From the NCBI GenBank assembly GCA_041640635.1, contig JBEPZX010000002.1:61855-125854 (forward strand): a stretch of 64,000 bases of DNA. The letters run 5' to 3'. Each line of letters begins with the position of its first letter. Position 1 is the stretch's first letter. Positions 63,105 to 64,000 of the stretch are shown piece by piece. The stretch comes from Aquificaceae bacterium (GTDB lineage: Bacteria; Aquificota; Aquificia; Aquificales; Aquificaceae). The position numbers and the translations under genes are program-made. Under the pieces are notes generated by a model that saw only the letters and a program-made list of their open reading frames with translations, was not told the origin of the DNA and did not search any database.

Positions 63105-64000
63105 ACATAGAAGAGTTTGATTACCACCTACCAGAAGAGCTTATAGCCAAGTATCCAGTCATTCCAAGACACAACGCACGTTTAATGGTTTTGAACAGAA
63201 AAACAAAGTCAATACAGCATGACACATTTTGGAATTTACCCAACTATTTAGAAAAAGGAGATCTGCTAGTATTTAACGACACAAAGGTGATACCAGCTCG
63301 TCTCTATGGCAAGAAAAAGACCGGTGGTAAGGTTGAAGTTTTGCTCACTGACTTTATCAGTCCTTTGCGGTGGATAGCGTTGGTAGGTGGAAAGAATATA
63401 AAAGAGGGTTTATCTATACATGTAGGAGAAGACCTGGAAATTTTGATCTTAGAGCACGTAGAAAAATCTAAGTTCAAAGTGGAGCTTGTATCACCAAACC
63501 CTTTTGAGGCTATATTGAAGCACGGGCAAATTCCCATACCGCCGTATCTAAAAAGGGAATCTCAAGAAGTAGACAAGGAGTACTATCAGACCGTGTTTGC
63601 AAAGGTGCATGGCTCGGTGGCAGCTCCTACAGCGTCTCTTCACTTTTCTGAGGAGCTAATAGAAAAGCTAAAACAAAAAGGTATAAACATAGCCTTTGTA
63701 ACTTTGCACGTATCTTATGGGACTTTCAAACCTGTAAGGGTAAAAAGTATCGACGAGCACAAGGTAGATCCTGAGTATTTCACCGTTCCAGAGAAAACGC
63801 TAAAGCTTATAAAGCTAACAAAAGAGGAGAAAAAACGTGTCGTAGCCGTAGGCACCACAGTAGCAAGAGCTTTAGAGACAAAACCCTTTGAGCCTTTTTC
63901 GGGTTACACTGATTTGTACATATATCCAGGTTTTGAATTCAAAGTGGTGGATGCTTTGATAACCAACTTTCATTTGCCTAAATCCTCTCTGCTTTTTTTA
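63101..64000 (+). CDS. queA: S-adenosylmethionine:tRNA ribosyltransferase-isomerase (runs off the window end)
   Basis: FDYHLPEELIA, FNDTKVIPAR, YQTVFA, GSVAAPTASLHF, VGTT, TNFHLPKS. Confidence 0.96.
   Translation, partial: MNIEEFDYHLPEELIAKYPVIPRHNARLMVLNRKTKSIQHDTFWNLPNYLEKGDLLVFNDTKVIPARLYGKKKTGGKVEVLLTDFISPLRWIALVGGKNIKEGLSIHVGEDLEILILEHVEKSKFKVELVSPNPFEAILKHGQIPIPPYLKRESQEVDKEYYQTVFAKVHGSVAAPTASLHFSEELIEKLKQKGINIAFVTLHVSYGTFKPVRVKSIDEHKVDPEYFTVPEKTLKLIKLTKEEKKRVVAVGTTVARALETKPFEPFSGYTDLYIYPGFEFKVVDALITNFHLPKSSLLFL

Overview
A very compact, AT-rich bacterial chromosome segment with an Aquificaceae-like gene set (Hydrogenobacter/Thermocrinis type, inferred from short metG, archaeal-type RNA ligase and ApgM, PspB, LpxI and the futalosine pathway). 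It is mostly housekeeping: metG, smpB, smc, murC, recJ, mqnC, hisIE, rsmI, gyrB, mazG, alaS, rpmE-prfA, lpxB, guaA, folE-lpxI, msbA-like, yicC, aroA, lipA, engB, folC, csp, two tatA, rpsO-pnp-tRNA-Thr-dut and queA. It also holds a NikR/ECF nickel-uptake operon, a soeABC-mog sulfite-oxidation operon and two tRNAs without encoded CCA. I found no CRISPR array, integrase or transposase. Most interesting: (1) the pnp stop codon lies inside tRNA-Thr(CGT), so tRNA 5' maturation should leave a non-stop pnp mRNA; (2) an unannotated promoter-to-hairpin small RNA with a C-rich tract (a canonical G-quadruplex on the other strand) sits between an Rnl3-type RNA ligase and the SfsA nuclease; (3) phased ATAAG-N5-CTTAT LysR-type operators and a DsrE-like remnant precede soeABC; (4) a His-His-tipped outer-membrane barrel lies in the nickel operon; (5) leaderless and back-to-back -10 promoter layouts are pervasive. 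All calls come from motif recognition by eye; no searches were run.
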